Assembly (NCBI GenBank): GCA_964291235.2
Contig: OZ219816.1
Location: 1,216,001 to 1,280,000 of the forward strand
Reading direction: 5' to 3'
Source of the DNA: Vicinamibacteria bacterium
Lineage (GTDB): Bacteria; Acidobacteriota; Vicinamibacteria; Marinacidobacterales; Marinacidobacteraceae
DNA length: 64,000 nucleotides
The position numbers and the translations under genes are program-made. This document shows, in pieces, positions 48,185 to 58,529 of the stretch. Position 1 is the first letter of the stretch; each line of letters starts with the position of its first letter. The notes under the pieces were generated by a model, which saw only the letters and a list, made by a program, of their open reading frames with translations, did no database searches and was not told the origin of the DNA.

Positions 48185-49855
48185 CTAACGGCCGGAGCCG
48201 CCGGTTGACCCGGTCCGCATCCCGCGGTTCGGGCCGGTGAAATCCGGCTGCACGTCGGAATCGGCGAGATCCCAGGCCAGTTGGTACACGAGCCGGACGA
48301 TCCGTTCCATCTTCTCGTATTCGATCTTCTCGGGCCGGTCGTAGATCGTGTGGTAGTCGGGGTGGAGGCCGGTGTGGAAGAAGAGGGCGGGGACCCCGGT
48401 CTGGAGGAAGGGCCACTGGTCGCTGCGGCGGAGCAGGTTCGAGGCGTTGTTGTCGTACCGCATCTTGAGGTCGAGCTCGGATTCCCGGTTCGCGGAACGC
48501 ACCATCTCGGTCAGGCTCCGGCTGTAGCTGTGGCCCAGGATGTTCACCGCGTTGGCGTTCGAGGCGGCCGTTTGCGGTTCGAGACCCCGGAAGCGCCGGC
48601 CACCGCCCCGGCGGACCTCTTCGTTGCGCCCGATCATGTCCATGTTCAGGACGGCCACCGTCTGCTCCAGCGGGTGCAGCGGGTTCAGCGTGTAGGCCCA
48701 GGCACCGAGCAGCCCACGCTCTTCCGAGTTCCACCCCGCCAGCAGGATGGAGCGCCGGGGCCGCTGACCGGCCCGGGCGGCGCGCCCAAGCGCTTCGGCG
48801 ATCTCGATGAGGGCAACGGTGCCGGAACCATCGTCGTCGGCGCCGGGCCACACGAGATTCCCGTCCGCGCCGTCGTGGTCGTAGTGGGCGCAGATGATGA
48901 TCCATTCGTCAGGGGCTTCGCTCCCGGGAAGGAGACCCACCACGTTGCGGTCGGGGGCGGTCGTGCGGTTCACCGCGGTGGCGAGCCGCACGCGGGCGTC
49001 AAGGGGCAACGGGGCGTTCATCCCGCCGTCGGCCATCACCCCGAGTTCGGCCAGCGTGTGTCCGCTGCCGGCGAGCAGCGTTTCCGCGACCCGCGGCGAG
49101 ATCACCGCGGCCGGGATCTCGACCGACTCCACCCACTCGGCCAGGGTGATCCGGGGAACCCGCCGGGGCGGATCCGGCCAGGCGCCCCGCGCGCTCGCGG
49201 CAAAGTCGAACGCGCCCGGGTGCTGATGGACGTCCCGCACGAAGAGCACTCCCTCCGCGCCGGCGCGGGCCGCCGCCACCGCCTTGCGGAAGGGACGCGA
49301 GGGCTCGGAAGTAGTGAGGCCGTCGAAGAGGCTCGCCGGGTCCGCTTCGCCGGGTTCGTGGTCGAAGATCAGGGCGATGCGTCCGGACAGGTCGGCGCCC
49401 TCCCAGTCATCCCAGCCGAAGGGAGGCGCCCGGATGCCGAATCCAGCGAACGCGAGCGCGCCCTCGGCCACCGCCGACGGCGAGAAGCGCTGGGGATAGA
49501 AGCCCTCCCCGAGCTGGACCGCCTGGACCACCTCGCCCATGACTTCCAGCCGGTTCCCGTCCCCAAGAGCACTGTGCGCGAGCCGGTAGCCCTGGAAGTA
49601 GGAACCGCCCGGGGCCTCGAGCCCGGCGCGGGCGAAACGGCTCGCCACGAACTCGGCGGCGAGACGGTTCTCCGGCGTCTCGCTGAGGCGGCCCTGCATC
49701 CCGTCGGAAGCGAGGAAGAAGAGGTCGGCGCGCAGATCGGCGGCGGTGATCGACTCCACCTCCGGCGCCTGGGCGCCGCCCGGTTGGGCGGCGGCTCCGG
49801 CGGCGAACAGCAAGCTCGACGCGACCAGCGCGGCTGAGCGGGGATGGCTTCGCAT
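48185..49855 (-). CDS. M28 family peptidase with PA domain
   Basis: AHYDH, GADDDGSG, SEERGLLG, NMDMIGR, RSDQ and DYH. Confidence 0.9.
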   Translation of the reverse strand: MRSHPRSAALVASSLLFAAGAAAQPGGAQAPEVESITAADLRADLFFLASDGMQGRLSETPENRLAAEFVASRFARAGLEAPGGSYFQGYRLAHSALGDGNRLEVMGEVVQAVQLGEGFYPQRFSPSAVAEGALAFAGFGIRAPPFGWDDWEGADLSGRIALIFDHEPGEADPASLFDGLTTSEPSRPFRKAVAAARAGAEGVLFVRDVHQHPGAFDFAASARGAWPDPPRRVPRITLAEWVESVEIPAAVISPRVAETLLAGSGHTLAELGVMADGGMNAPLPLDARVRLATAVNRTTAPDRNVVGLLPGSEAPDEWIIICAHYDHDGADGNLVWPGADDDGSGTVALIEIAEALGRAARAGQRPRRSILLAGWNSEERGLLGAWAYTLNPLHPLEQTVAVLNMDMIGRNEEVRRGGGRRFRGLEPQTAASNANAVNILGHSYSRSLTEMVRSANRESELDLKMRYDNNASNLLRRSDQWPFLQTGVPALFFHTGLHPDYHTIYDRPEKIEYEKMERIVRLVYQLAWDLADSDVQPDFTGPNRGMRTGSTGGSGR

Positions 49856-49970
49856 CGTGATCCCTCCCGAGGGCGGCGAGTCTATCCGGGCGGGCCGAGA
49901 CCTCAGCCGGACCACGCAATCGGACGGGGCAGGGGATTCCCCGCCTCTCGGGCGGATACGATTTCCCACC

Positions 49971-52154
49971 ATGAGCCGTACCCGCCTTCTCCCTCTCCTT
50001 CTCGCCTCCGTAGTCGCGTGGCCGCTGGCCGCCGGGGCGCAGTCCGACGAACCGGCCCGGGGATTCCTGGCCGGCCAGTGGCAGCAGCAGCTCGAGCTGG
50101 AGGAACGCTTCCGTGCGATTCCGGACCCGGCCCGGCTCCGGGAGTACATGGAGTTCATGACCGAGGAACCGCATATCGCGGGACTTGGGCACGGCAGCAA
50201 GCGGGTCGCCGACTACGCCCTCGAGAAGTTCCTCTCCTTCGGACTCGACGCCGAGATCGAAGTGACCGAGGCGCTCATGCCGCTCCCGATCGACCGGCAT
50301 GTCGAGGTCCTCGGGCCCGAGCCCTACACCCTGCGGCTCGCGGAACCGGGAGTTCCGGGGGACAAGGATTCCTCCGATCAGGGACGCCTGCCGACGTACA
50401 ACGCCTACGCCGCCGACGGGGACGTGACCGGGGACGTGATCTACGTGAACTACGGCATTCCCGGGGACTACGAGAAACTGGCGGAACTTGGGATTTCCGT
50501 CGAGGGAAAGATCGTGCTGGCTCGCTACGGCCGGAGCTGGCGCGGCATCAAGGCCAAGCTGGCCCAGGACAACGGGGCGATCGGGGTGCTCATCTATTCG
50601 GATCCTGAAGAGGACGGCTACTACCAGGGTCTCACGTATCCCGACGGCCCCTACCGCCCCAAGTGGGGGGTGCAGCGCGGCTCCATCATGGACATGCCGG
50701 TCCATCCCGGCGATCCCCTGACCCCGGGCTGGGGCGCCACCGAGGATCGGGAGAAGCTGACCCGCGAAACGGCGCGCACCCTGGTGCGCATTCCGGTTCT
50801 CCCCATTTCCTGGGGTGATGCGTTGCCCATTCTGGAGCAGCTTCGCGGCACGCCGGCGCCGAACGACGACTGGAAGGGAGCCCTCCCCATCACGTACCAC
50901 ATCGGTCCGGGACCGGCCGAGGTCCGGATGCGCACCGCCTACGACTGGCAGGTGCGCCCCATCTACAACGTGATCGCCCGGATCGAAGGCTCCACCTATC
51001 CCGACGAGTGGATCGTGCACGGGAACCACCACGACGGCTGGTGCGCGGGAGCCACCGATCCGATCAGCGGCGCCGTACAGCTCATGGAGACGGCCCGCGG
51101 CTTCGGCGAACTGCTGCAGGCGGGGATCCGCCCGCGTCGGACAGTCGTCTTCGCGCTTTGGGACGCGGAAGAGTGGGGCCTGCTGGGCTCGACCGAGTGG
51201 GCCGAAACCCATCGCGACGATCTCGGAGAAAAGGGCGTCGTCTATATCAACTCCGACAGCACCGGCAAGGGTTGGCTCAGCATGGCGGGAAGCCACACCC
51301 TCCAGCGCTTCCTGAACGAGGTGGCGCGCGACATCGAGGATCCCGAGAGGGGGACGAGCGTCTTCGACGCGGCGCGGGAGCGTCGGCTCGAGACCGCCGC
51401 GAATCCCGACCTCCGCCAGGAGATCGAGCAGAGCGACGATCTCCGGCTGGCGGCGCTTGGGTCCGGTTCCGACTACACGGTCTTCATCGACCACCTGACC
51501 ATGGCGTCGCTCAACCTCGGCTTCGGCGGCGACAGCCCGGGCGGCGTGTACCACTCGAACTACGACTCTTTCCATTGGTACCTGAACTACTCCGACAGTG
51601 ATTTCGTCTTCGGACGCGCCCTCTCGCAGTTGATTGGCACCTCCATGCTGCGGCTTGCGAACGCGGCGATCCTTCCCTTCGGGTTCACGGATCTCGCCGA
51701 CGCCATGCAGTCCTACGTGGAGGAGATTCGGGAGACCCACGCCGCGATGGAGTCGCCCGAGGAAATTGACTTCGACGCCATCGAGGGAGCGCTCGAGGCG
51801 CTTCGCGATGCAGGGCAGGGATACGAGGAGGCGCTCGCCGGACTCAGCGACGCCTCGGCCGAGGCGGTGCTCACAAACGCCCGGGTTTCGGAGCTGAACC
51901 AGCTCCTCTACACCTCGGAACGGCGTCTCGGGTACGACGAGGGGCTTCCGAACCGGGAGTGGTTCCGCCATCAGGTGTATGCGCCCGGCTTCTACACCGG
52001 CTACGGCGTGAAGACGATCCCGGGTGTCCGCGAAGGCATCGAAGAGGAAGAGTGGGAGGCCGCCCGGTTCTACGTGCGGGTGGTCAGCGAAGCTCTCTCA
52101 TCGCTGACGGAACAGGTTCAGGCAGCCGAGCAGATCATCGCCTCGCTGCGTTAG
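49971..52154 (+). CDS. M28B glutamate carboxypeptidase II-like protein (PA + TfR dimerisation domain)
   Basis: YVNYG, VQRGS, PGDPLTPG, GNHHDGW, WDAEEWGLLGSTEW, GSGSDY and YHSNYD. Confidence 0.9.
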   Translation: MSRTRLLPLLLASVVAWPLAAGAQSDEPARGFLAGQWQQQLELEERFRAIPDPARLREYMEFMTEEPHIAGLGHGSKRVADYALEKFLSFGLDAEIEVTEALMPLPIDRHVEVLGPEPYTLRLAEPGVPGDKDSSDQGRLPTYNAYAADGDVTGDVIYVNYGIPGDYEKLAELGISVEGKIVLARYGRSWRGIKAKLAQDNGAIGVLIYSDPEEDGYYQGLTYPDGPYRPKWGVQRGSIMDMPVHPGDPLTPGWGATEDREKLTRETARTLVRIPVLPISWGDALPILEQLRGTPAPNDDWKGALPITYHIGPGPAEVRMRTAYDWQVRPIYNVIARIEGSTYPDEWIVHGNHHDGWCAGATDPISGAVQLMETARGFGELLQAGIRPRRTVVFALWDAEEWGLLGSTEWAETHRDDLGEKGVVYINSDSTGKGWLSMAGSHTLQRFLNEVARDIEDPERGTSVFDAARERRLETAANPDLRQEIEQSDDLRLAALGSGSDYTVFIDHLTMASLNLGFGGDSPGGVYHSNYDSFHWYLNYSDSDFVFGRALSQLIGTSMLRLANAAILPFGFTDLADAMQSYVEEIRETHAAMESPEEIDFDAIEGALEALRDAGQGYEEALAGLSDASAEAVLTNARVSELNQLLYTSERRLGYDEGLPNREWFRHQVYAPGFYTGYGVKTIPGVREGIEEEEWEAARFYVRVVSEALSSLTEQVQAAEQIIASLR

Positions 52155-52237
52155 GCGCGCGGCGCTTCCACCCGGTTCGACCCTCGAATTCGGCCTTCCG
52201 GCCCGTGCTGGAAGCACGCCCCTGAGCGTCGCGTCCC

Positions 52238-53215
52238 ATGCGCAAATTCCTGGCGTTCGCCGCCGTCTATCTGATCTGGGGTTCCACCTACCTGGCCATC
52301 GGGGTCGGGGTGCGGGACATCCCGCCCTTCCTGATGGCCGGTGTCCGCTTCCTGATTGCGGGAGGGATCCTCTTCCTCTTCGCGAGGCGCGGCGAAGCTC
52401 CGCTTACCCGGCGCGAGTGGATGGAAGCGGGACTCGCCGGTCTCCTCTTCTTCACCTCGGCCCACGGGCTCGGGCACTGGGCCCAGGTGCGCATTCCCTC
52501 GGGCGTCGCCGCCGTGCTGGTGGCAACGGTGGTCTTCTGGATCACCGGCCTCGACGCGGCGTTCGTGACCCGGCGCCTCCCGAAAGCCCTTCCGGTGTTG
52601 TGCGTACTCGCCGGTTTTTCCGGGGTGGTGGTGCTGGTCGCACCCTGGCGGTCGGAGGCGCTGCTCGATCCGGCAGGGGTCCTCGCCATGCTGGCCGCCC
52701 CAATCGCGTGGGCGACCGCGAGCCTCTGGTCCCGCCGGCCCACGATGCCCCGCTGCCTCCCGCTTTCGGCCGGCGCCCAGATGCTCGTTGGGGGCGCGGC
52801 ATTGCTGGCGGTCGGAACCGCCGCGGGAAACTGGCAGGCGCTTTCCCTGTCCGAGATTGGACTCCCGGCGCTCGGTGCGCTCTTCTACCTCGTCGTGTTC
52901 GGCTCGATCGTCGCCTTCGTCGCCTACACCTGGCTCCTATCGCACGTCGAGGCGGCCGTCGCCGCGACCTACGCATTCGTGAACCCGCTCATCGCCGTCG
53001 TGCTCGGCTGGCTGATTCTGAATGAAGACCTCTCCCCCCGGCTCTGGCTGGCGCTCGCGCTGATCGTGGTGCCGGTGGCGCTCCTGCAATGGCACGAGGC
53101 CCGGCTCCGGGCCGCCACCGCCGCCGGCGCAGCACACCCTGCCGAACCCGCACCACGCGGATTGCTGCATGCCGCGGACGCCGCCCGTCGTCCGAGGCGC
53201 GCAGGGTTCCGCTAG
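52238..53215 (+). CDS. EamA/DMT family transporter
   Basis: YLIWGSTY, PPFLMAGVRF, YLVVFGS and YAFVNP; about 10 TMs. Confidence 0.92.
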   Translation: MRKFLAFAAVYLIWGSTYLAIGVGVRDIPPFLMAGVRFLIAGGILFLFARRGEAPLTRREWMEAGLAGLLFFTSAHGLGHWAQVRIPSGVAAVLVATVVFWITGLDAAFVTRRLPKALPVLCVLAGFSGVVVLVAPWRSEALLDPAGVLAMLAAPIAWATASLWSRRPTMPRCLPLSAGAQMLVGGAALLAVGTAAGNWQALSLSEIGLPALGALFYLVVFGSIVAFVAYTWLLSHVEAAVAATYAFVNPLIAVVLGWLILNEDLSPRLWLALALIVVPVALLQWHEARLRAATAAGAAHPAEPAPRGLLHAADAARRPRRAGFR

Positions 53216-53290
53216 CGGGGATGTCTCAGCCTCACGACGTCAGGCAGGGAGCAGATCCCGACCAAGGAAACCGTCCCGACGCTGGGGGAG

Positions 53291-53687
53291 CCGTGCCGCC
53301 GCCCGCCTGCGGCGGGCTGTGCCGGCCTGGAGGCCGGCGTTCCCTTGCGTGTGCGACAGCAGTGCTGCTGGGGGTCCGTCCCGCCGCCCGCCTGCGGCGG
53401 GCTGTGCCGGCCTGGAGGCCGGCGTTCCCTTGCGTGTGCGACAGCAACGCTGCTGGGGGTCCGTCCCGCCGCCCGCCTGCGGCGGGCTGTGCCGGCCTGG
53501 AGGCCGGCGTTCCCTTGCGTGTGCGACAGCAATGCTGCTGAGGGGCCGTCCCGCCCCCCGCCTGCGGCGGGCTGTGCCGGCCTGGAGGCCGGCGTTCCCT
53601 GTCCCTTGTAACGCCGAGGCCGGTGGGGTTCCCCGACGAGAGGGGAACCATCCTGCGTCTATCTCTGCGGCGGAAGTATGAGAATCC
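53291..53687 (+). repeat. Four 85-bp tandem REP/BIME-like units plus terminal module
   Basis: Units at 53291, 53376, 53461 and 53546 share an about 54-bp core with the 121-bp units; ends in ...CTCTGCGGCGGAAGTATGAGAATCC. Confidence 0.9.
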
Positions 53688-53705
53688 CGGCTGGTGCGCG
53701 GCGCA

Positions 53706-54791
53706 TCAGAAGAGGAAGTTGTGGTCGAAGTCGGGGATGCGGCCGGCCTCGATGAGGACGATCCAGTCCAGCAGATCGTCCTCCCCAGCTGCCCAGATGT
53801 TCAGGCAGAGGCGCAGATACTGGAGAACCGTCTCCGTCGCGCCACCCTCGAGGAGCGCCTTGGCGAGCGCCATGTCCGGTCCCCGGAACGTCCCGGTTGG
53901 AGCCCCCTCGGTTCGCGCCGCGGCCAGCAGATGTGCCCCCGCCACCTCCAGATCGCCCTCGGCGAGAGCGATTCGACCCAGTACCAGGTTCCCGACGTGG
54001 AGGTATTCCCCTTGGTTCCGTCTGTCGGAGCTCGCCGCGAGCATGGACTCGGCGTGCGCGCGGGCCTTGTCGAGATCGCCGGATGCGAAGGCCGCGACGG
54101 CGAGGTCGGGGATCAGGTCCGCCCCGGCGTCGGCATCTGACAATTCATGGGCGCGCTCGAAGTCGGCAAGCGCGCGGGCGGCGGTCGCGGCGGCGGTACC
54201 CTCGAAGGGATCGTGGGCCTCACGCCAGCGGCTACGGCCCAGTTGCCGCGCCCAATACGGATTCGAAGGCTCGAGCGCCTCGCCCCGCTCGAGTAGCCGA
54301 AGCTCCAGAGGCCGGTCGCCGGGACTCAGAAAGCGCGACGCATGGCGCAGCAGCACGGCGTTTTCCGGTTCCGCATCGATCAGGCGAAGCCACGCCTTCT
54401 TGCCCGCCGCGTAGCCCTCGGGGTCCCGGAAGGGGAGGATGCGCGCCGCGGCGGTTGCCAGGACGTCCGATTCGGGAGCGTGTTGGATGAACCAGAGAAG
54501 GTGCCGCGAGTGATCTTCCGAAGCGGATCGCTGGTGCGCTCGGTAGTAGCCGATGAGTTGCGCGCGAGCTACGAGATTCTGGGGACTCTCGGCGAGCTGT
54601 AGTTCCAGGGCAGCGGCCTGCCCGGCGGTGAGTTCCGCACCCCTGATCGCTTCTTCACGAAGGTCTTGAGCCGTTGCCGGCATCGCGAGCAGCACCAAGG
54701 TCACCAGCAGGTGACCGGCGCGCCGGCATCCGAATGGCCGGAGGATTTCCCCGGCGAAAGGGCGCCGGGGCGGCCGCGGTCTCGTGGGCAC
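53706..54791 (-). CDS. Secreted TPR-like hypothetical protein
   Basis: Signal ..AMPATA-QD, ARAQLIGYY, HVGNLVLGRIAL and GPDMALAK; start uncertain. Confidence 0.7.
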   Translation of the reverse strand: MPTRPRPPRRPFAGEILRPFGCRRAGHLLVTLVLLAMPATAQDLREEAIRGAELTAGQAAALELQLAESPQNLVARAQLIGYYRAHQRSASEDHSRHLLWFIQHAPESDVLATAAARILPFRDPEGYAAGKKAWLRLIDAEPENAVLLRHASRFLSPGDRPLELRLLERGEALEPSNPYWARQLGRSRWREAHDPFEGTAAATAARALADFERAHELSDADAGADLIPDLAVAAFASGDLDKARAHAESMLAASSDRRNQGEYLHVGNLVLGRIALAEGDLEVAGAHLLAAARTEGAPTGTFRGPDMALAKALLEGGATETVLQYLRLCLNIWAAGEDDLLDWIVLIEAGRIPDFDHNFLF

Positions 54792-54802
54792 AGGGAAGAT
54801 GG

Positions 54803-55837
54803 TCAGAAGCGGAGGTTGGTGAAGTCGGGTGTCCGTCCGGCCTCGATCAGCACGATCCACTCTTTCAGTCGGCCGCGGTCCATTGCCCAGAAACTTCCGC
54901 AGAGTTCCAAATAGCCCACCACCGTCCGGGTCTCTCCGCGCTCGAACAGCTTCTTGGCAAGCGCCATGTCCGGACCGAACGAATTCAACTGAGGCGATCC
55001 GGGCGTCTGCCCAGCCGCGATCAGTCGCGACCCCGCCTCGGCCAGATCGCCCTCGGAGAGAGCGACCCGCCCCAGAACCAGATTTCCGAAATGGATGCGG
55101 TTCCCCTTGTTCCAGTCGTCCGGGATCGCTTCGAGCATGGATTCGGCATGGACCCGAGCCTTGTCCATGTCCCCGGCGACGAACGCGGCCATCCCCAGAT
55201 AGGGCAGCAGGCTGCCCCGTCCGGAGCCGCCCGAGAGTTCGTGGGCGCGTTCGAAGGCGGTGAGCGCGCGGGCCGCCTCGGCCGGGTCGTTCTCGCCGCG
55301 AGGGCTGCGAGCCTGGCGCCAATGAATATTGCCCAATTCCCGGGCCCATTCCGGATTCGAAGGTTCCAGCGACTCGGCTCGCTCCAGCAGCTCGGCCGTC
55401 AACTCGGTATCGCTCAAGGTGAAATAGCTGGCCGCATGGCGAAGAAAGACGGCATTCCTCGGTTGCTGCGCCATCAAACGAAGCCATGCTTCCTTCCCCT
55501 CGATGTACCCATCCGGGTCCATCGAGGGAAAAATGGATGCCTCGGGTCCCTCCAGCACTTCCGACTCCGGCAGGTTCTCGATGAACCAGAGGACGTGCAC
55601 GCGATGACGGTCCGCTGTCGTCCGGAGACCCGGGCCGAAGTAGTAGCCGAGAAGTTGAGCCCGTGCACTCAGGTCCTGCGGGTCGGCCGCGAGCCGCTGC
55701 TCGAGGGCGGCAGCCTGCTCAAGCGTCAGTTCGGACCCCTTCAGAACGTCATCGCGCAGGTCCTCGGCAGAACTTGCTGATCCCAACAACAGCGGCGCCG
55801 AGACCGCGGCAACAAGAAACGTCCGGCGTAGGGACAT
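54803..55837 (-). CDS. Secreted TPR-like hypothetical protein (paralog)
   Basis: GGAGG RBS; ARAQLLGYY, HFGNLVLGRVAL and GSPQLNSFGPDMALAK. Confidence 0.78.
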   Translation of the reverse strand: MSLRRTFLVAAVSAPLLLGSASSAEDLRDDVLKGSELTLEQAAALEQRLAADPQDLSARAQLLGYYFGPGLRTTADRHRVHVLWFIENLPESEVLEGPEASIFPSMDPDGYIEGKEAWLRLMAQQPRNAVFLRHAASYFTLSDTELTAELLERAESLEPSNPEWARELGNIHWRQARSPRGENDPAEAARALTAFERAHELSGGSGRGSLLPYLGMAAFVAGDMDKARVHAESMLEAIPDDWNKGNRIHFGNLVLGRVALSEGDLAEAGSRLIAAGQTPGSPQLNSFGPDMALAKKLFERGETRTVVGYLELCGSFWAMDRGRLKEWIVLIEAGRTPDFTNLRF

Positions 55838-56030
55838 GGCAGGCCTCCGGGGAAGAGTGAACCGTATCGAAATGCAAGCAAACCCGGGGCCGAACACAGT
55901 AGGTGGCGCGTTGGCCGCGCGCGTCGTCCGGACCCGCGGCACACAGCGGTTCTCGAAAGCCCCGCGTTGTTTTGACTGCGGGGTCCGATTGCGCGAACGT
56001 ATGGCCTGAATCTCGCAACTACGACTCTCG

Positions 56031-58475
56031 ATGATGACAAGACGCCGGATGGCGGCGTGGATGGTGCTCGCGGCCCTGACCGCCACTCCTGGTTTGGCCG
56101 AGACGCAGCCGCAGGAAGTCGGAGGACGCGTGGTCGATCGCGTGACCGGCGCACCGGTCAGCGGTGCGAGCGTGACCGCCGGTGACGAAACGGCCTTGAC
56201 CGGCCCGGATGGGGCTTTCCGGCTAACCGCGGATCGTGCGCCGGTGATCGTGGTGGTCGCGGACGGCTACTTCGAGGCCACCGTGGTCGCGAGCGATTCC
56301 GGGGACACGCTGATCGAACTCCTGCCGCGGACTTTCGAAGAGGAGGCCGTCGAGGTGACCGCCGAGGCGCCGGTGCTCGACCGCCCGGCGGCGACCCGGG
56401 TGGCTCCCGAGGAGGTTCTCGAGACCGCGGGGACGGTGGACAACATCTTCCGGGCGCTGGCCACGCTCCCCGGGGTAACGCCCACCACCGACTTCGGCAG
56501 TTTTCTCTCGGTGCGTGGGGGGACGCCCGATCAGAACCTGACGCTCATGGATGGGGTGGAGATCCACAACCCGTACCGGCTCTTCGGCCTGGTGAGCGCC
56601 TTCAACCCGGAGACGATCACCGATTTCTCACTGGCCGCCGGCGGGTTCGGGGCCAAGTACGGCGACCGGCTCTCCTCGCTGCTGGTGGTCCGCAACCGCG
56701 CGGGGCGGCGCAGCTTCCAGGGGACCTCTTCGCTGAGCGTCACCGACGGCAACCTGGTGTTTGAAGGCCCCCTCCCGGGCGGCGGCTCCTGGCTCGCGAC
56801 GGCGCGGCGAACCTACTACGACGTCGTGGTCGGACGGATCCTGGATCAGGACTTTCCGTCCTTCGCCGACTTTCAGATCAGGGCGGACTGGGAGTTCGGT
56901 CCCGGACACCGCCTGTCGTTCATGGGAATCCGCAGCGCGGAAGACACGGACTTCGCCTTCGAGGACGACGATGATGAAGGCGAGCGACGGGTGGATTTTC
57001 TGGGCGACGTCGCGAACGACCTCGGAGCCGTGCGCCTCGACGCCCTCCTTTCGGAACGGGTGACCGCGACGACCATCGTCTCCTGGTACCGGAATACGGA
57101 GTTGTTGGACTTCGAGGCGGACATCTACACCGAGAACCGGGTCGTGAACGTCGAGAACCCCGAACAGCGGGATCTGCTCACCACCATCGCCTTCGACCGG
57201 GAGCGGGCGGTGCGCGACCTGTCCCTGCGTCAGGAAATCGGCATCCAGTTCGGGGGCCGTCACTTCCTTGAAACCGGTTTCGAACTCCACGGTCTCGAAT
57301 CCTCGCTGCGTCAGAACGTCCGCGGTCCCAGAAACGAATCGGAAGCGAATCCGACCAGCATCCAGGGCGGCTCGGCGCTTCCCGATCTTCTCGAATCGGA
57401 GCTTTCCGGGCTACGGGGCGGCGCCTGGATCCAGGACGCCTTCCGTGTCTCGGACCGTTTCACCGTGGAGCCCGGGGTCCGCCTGGAGTGGAGCACGCTG
57501 AACGGGCGGGCGACCGTTTCCCCGCGTTTCGCCGCGGCCTGGGACTTCGGGAAGGGGATCGAGGCCCGCGTCGCGGGCGGCGTCTACACCCAGAGTCCGG
57601 GCTGGGAGAAGTTGATCTCGTCGGACTACCTGCTCGACCTGAACGCAATCGGCGACCTCGCCTTCGAACGCGCGCACCACGCCGTGTTTGGACTCCAGAA
57701 GGCGTTTTCGGACTCGACCCGGCTGCGCGTCGAGGGCTACTGGAAGCGCTTCGACGATCTGCTGGTCGGACGGCTGGAGAACGACACCGAACGGCTCGAG
57801 CGCCTCGCCGAATACGACTTTCCGCGGGAGCTGGCTGCGAACCTGCCGGCCGCCGCCCGGATCACCATCAATCCCGTGAACGAGGGTGGGGGCGTTGCCC
57901 GCGGGATCGACGTCTATCTCGAACGGCTCAACCCGGCGGCGCGCGTGGCCGGCTGGGTTTCCTACGCTTACGGCAAGGCCGAGCGGGAGACCTACGGACT
58001 GCGTTATCCCTTCGAATACGACCGGCCCCACGCACTCAATCTGGTGGGCCGGCTCGGCATCAACGACCGCTGGAGTGTCGCGGCTACCGGCCGCATCGCC
58101 AGCGGTTTCCCCTACACGCCGGCGGTTGGGGTTCGGGTCGCGGCGACCCGGGACGCACGCGGCCGCCTGGTGCCCGAGACGGATGACGACGGGAACCTCG
58201 CCTATGCGGTGGATCTCGGCGGACTCGACAACCTGCACCGTGCGCGGCTCCCGCTCTATGCCCGGCTCGATCTGCGGCTGACCTATCGCCGCGGCGGACC
58301 CGGAGGGCGCTGGTCCGCCTACGCCGAGGTGATCAACGCGCTGAACCGCGACAACGGGGTGGATATCGACCAGCGGGTGATGGCCGACCCGGGCGCGGAG
58401 CGTCCGACCGTCGAGGAGATTCCGGCCTTCGGCTTTCCGTTCGTGCCGACCGTTGGCTTCCGCATCCGCTTCTGA
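56031..58475 (+). CDS. TonB-dependent receptor
   Basis: Carboxypeptidase-regulatory-like N-terminus, plug LPGV..SVRGGTPDQN..DGVEIHNP, GGFGAKYGDRLSS and a terminal Phe. Confidence 0.9.
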   Translation: MMTRRRMAAWMVLAALTATPGLAETQPQEVGGRVVDRVTGAPVSGASVTAGDETALTGPDGAFRLTADRAPVIVVVADGYFEATVVASDSGDTLIELLPRTFEEEAVEVTAEAPVLDRPAATRVAPEEVLETAGTVDNIFRALATLPGVTPTTDFGSFLSVRGGTPDQNLTLMDGVEIHNPYRLFGLVSAFNPETITDFSLAAGGFGAKYGDRLSSLLVVRNRAGRRSFQGTSSLSVTDGNLVFEGPLPGGGSWLATARRTYYDVVVGRILDQDFPSFADFQIRADWEFGPGHRLSFMGIRSAEDTDFAFEDDDDEGERRVDFLGDVANDLGAVRLDALLSERVTATTIVSWYRNTELLDFEADIYTENRVVNVENPEQRDLLTTIAFDRERAVRDLSLRQEIGIQFGGRHFLETGFELHGLESSLRQNVRGPRNESEANPTSIQGGSALPDLLESELSGLRGGAWIQDAFRVSDRFTVEPGVRLEWSTLNGRATVSPRFAAAWDFGKGIEARVAGGVYTQSPGWEKLISSDYLLDLNAIGDLAFERAHHAVFGLQKAFSDSTRLRVEGYWKRFDDLLVGRLENDTERLERLAEYDFPRELAANLPAAARITINPVNEGGGVARGIDVYLERLNPAARVAGWVSYAYGKAERETYGLRYPFEYDRPHALNLVGRLGINDRWSVAATGRIASGFPYTPAVGVRVAATRDARGRLVPETDDDGNLAYAVDLGGLDNLHRARLPLYARLDLRLTYRRGGPGGRWSAYAEVINALNRDNGVDIDQRVMADPGAERPTVEEIPAFGFPFVPTVGFRIRF

Positions 58476-58529
58476 CGCGCAGACCACATCACGGGCGCCC
58501 GCACCGGGCCCCCGCCGTGCCCCTCGGGG

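Noticed and set aside
53291-53600. CRISPR array (85-bp period)
   Set aside because: The linkers are near-identical (TTGCGTGTGCGACAGCA..GCTGCTG), so this is a tandem repeat of the REP-like core.
46200-53687. Composite transposon bracketed by the inverted terminal modules at 46200 and 53687
   Set aside because: No transposase inside, ordinary cargo, and no target-site duplication seen. Each module is explained by its own convergent gap.
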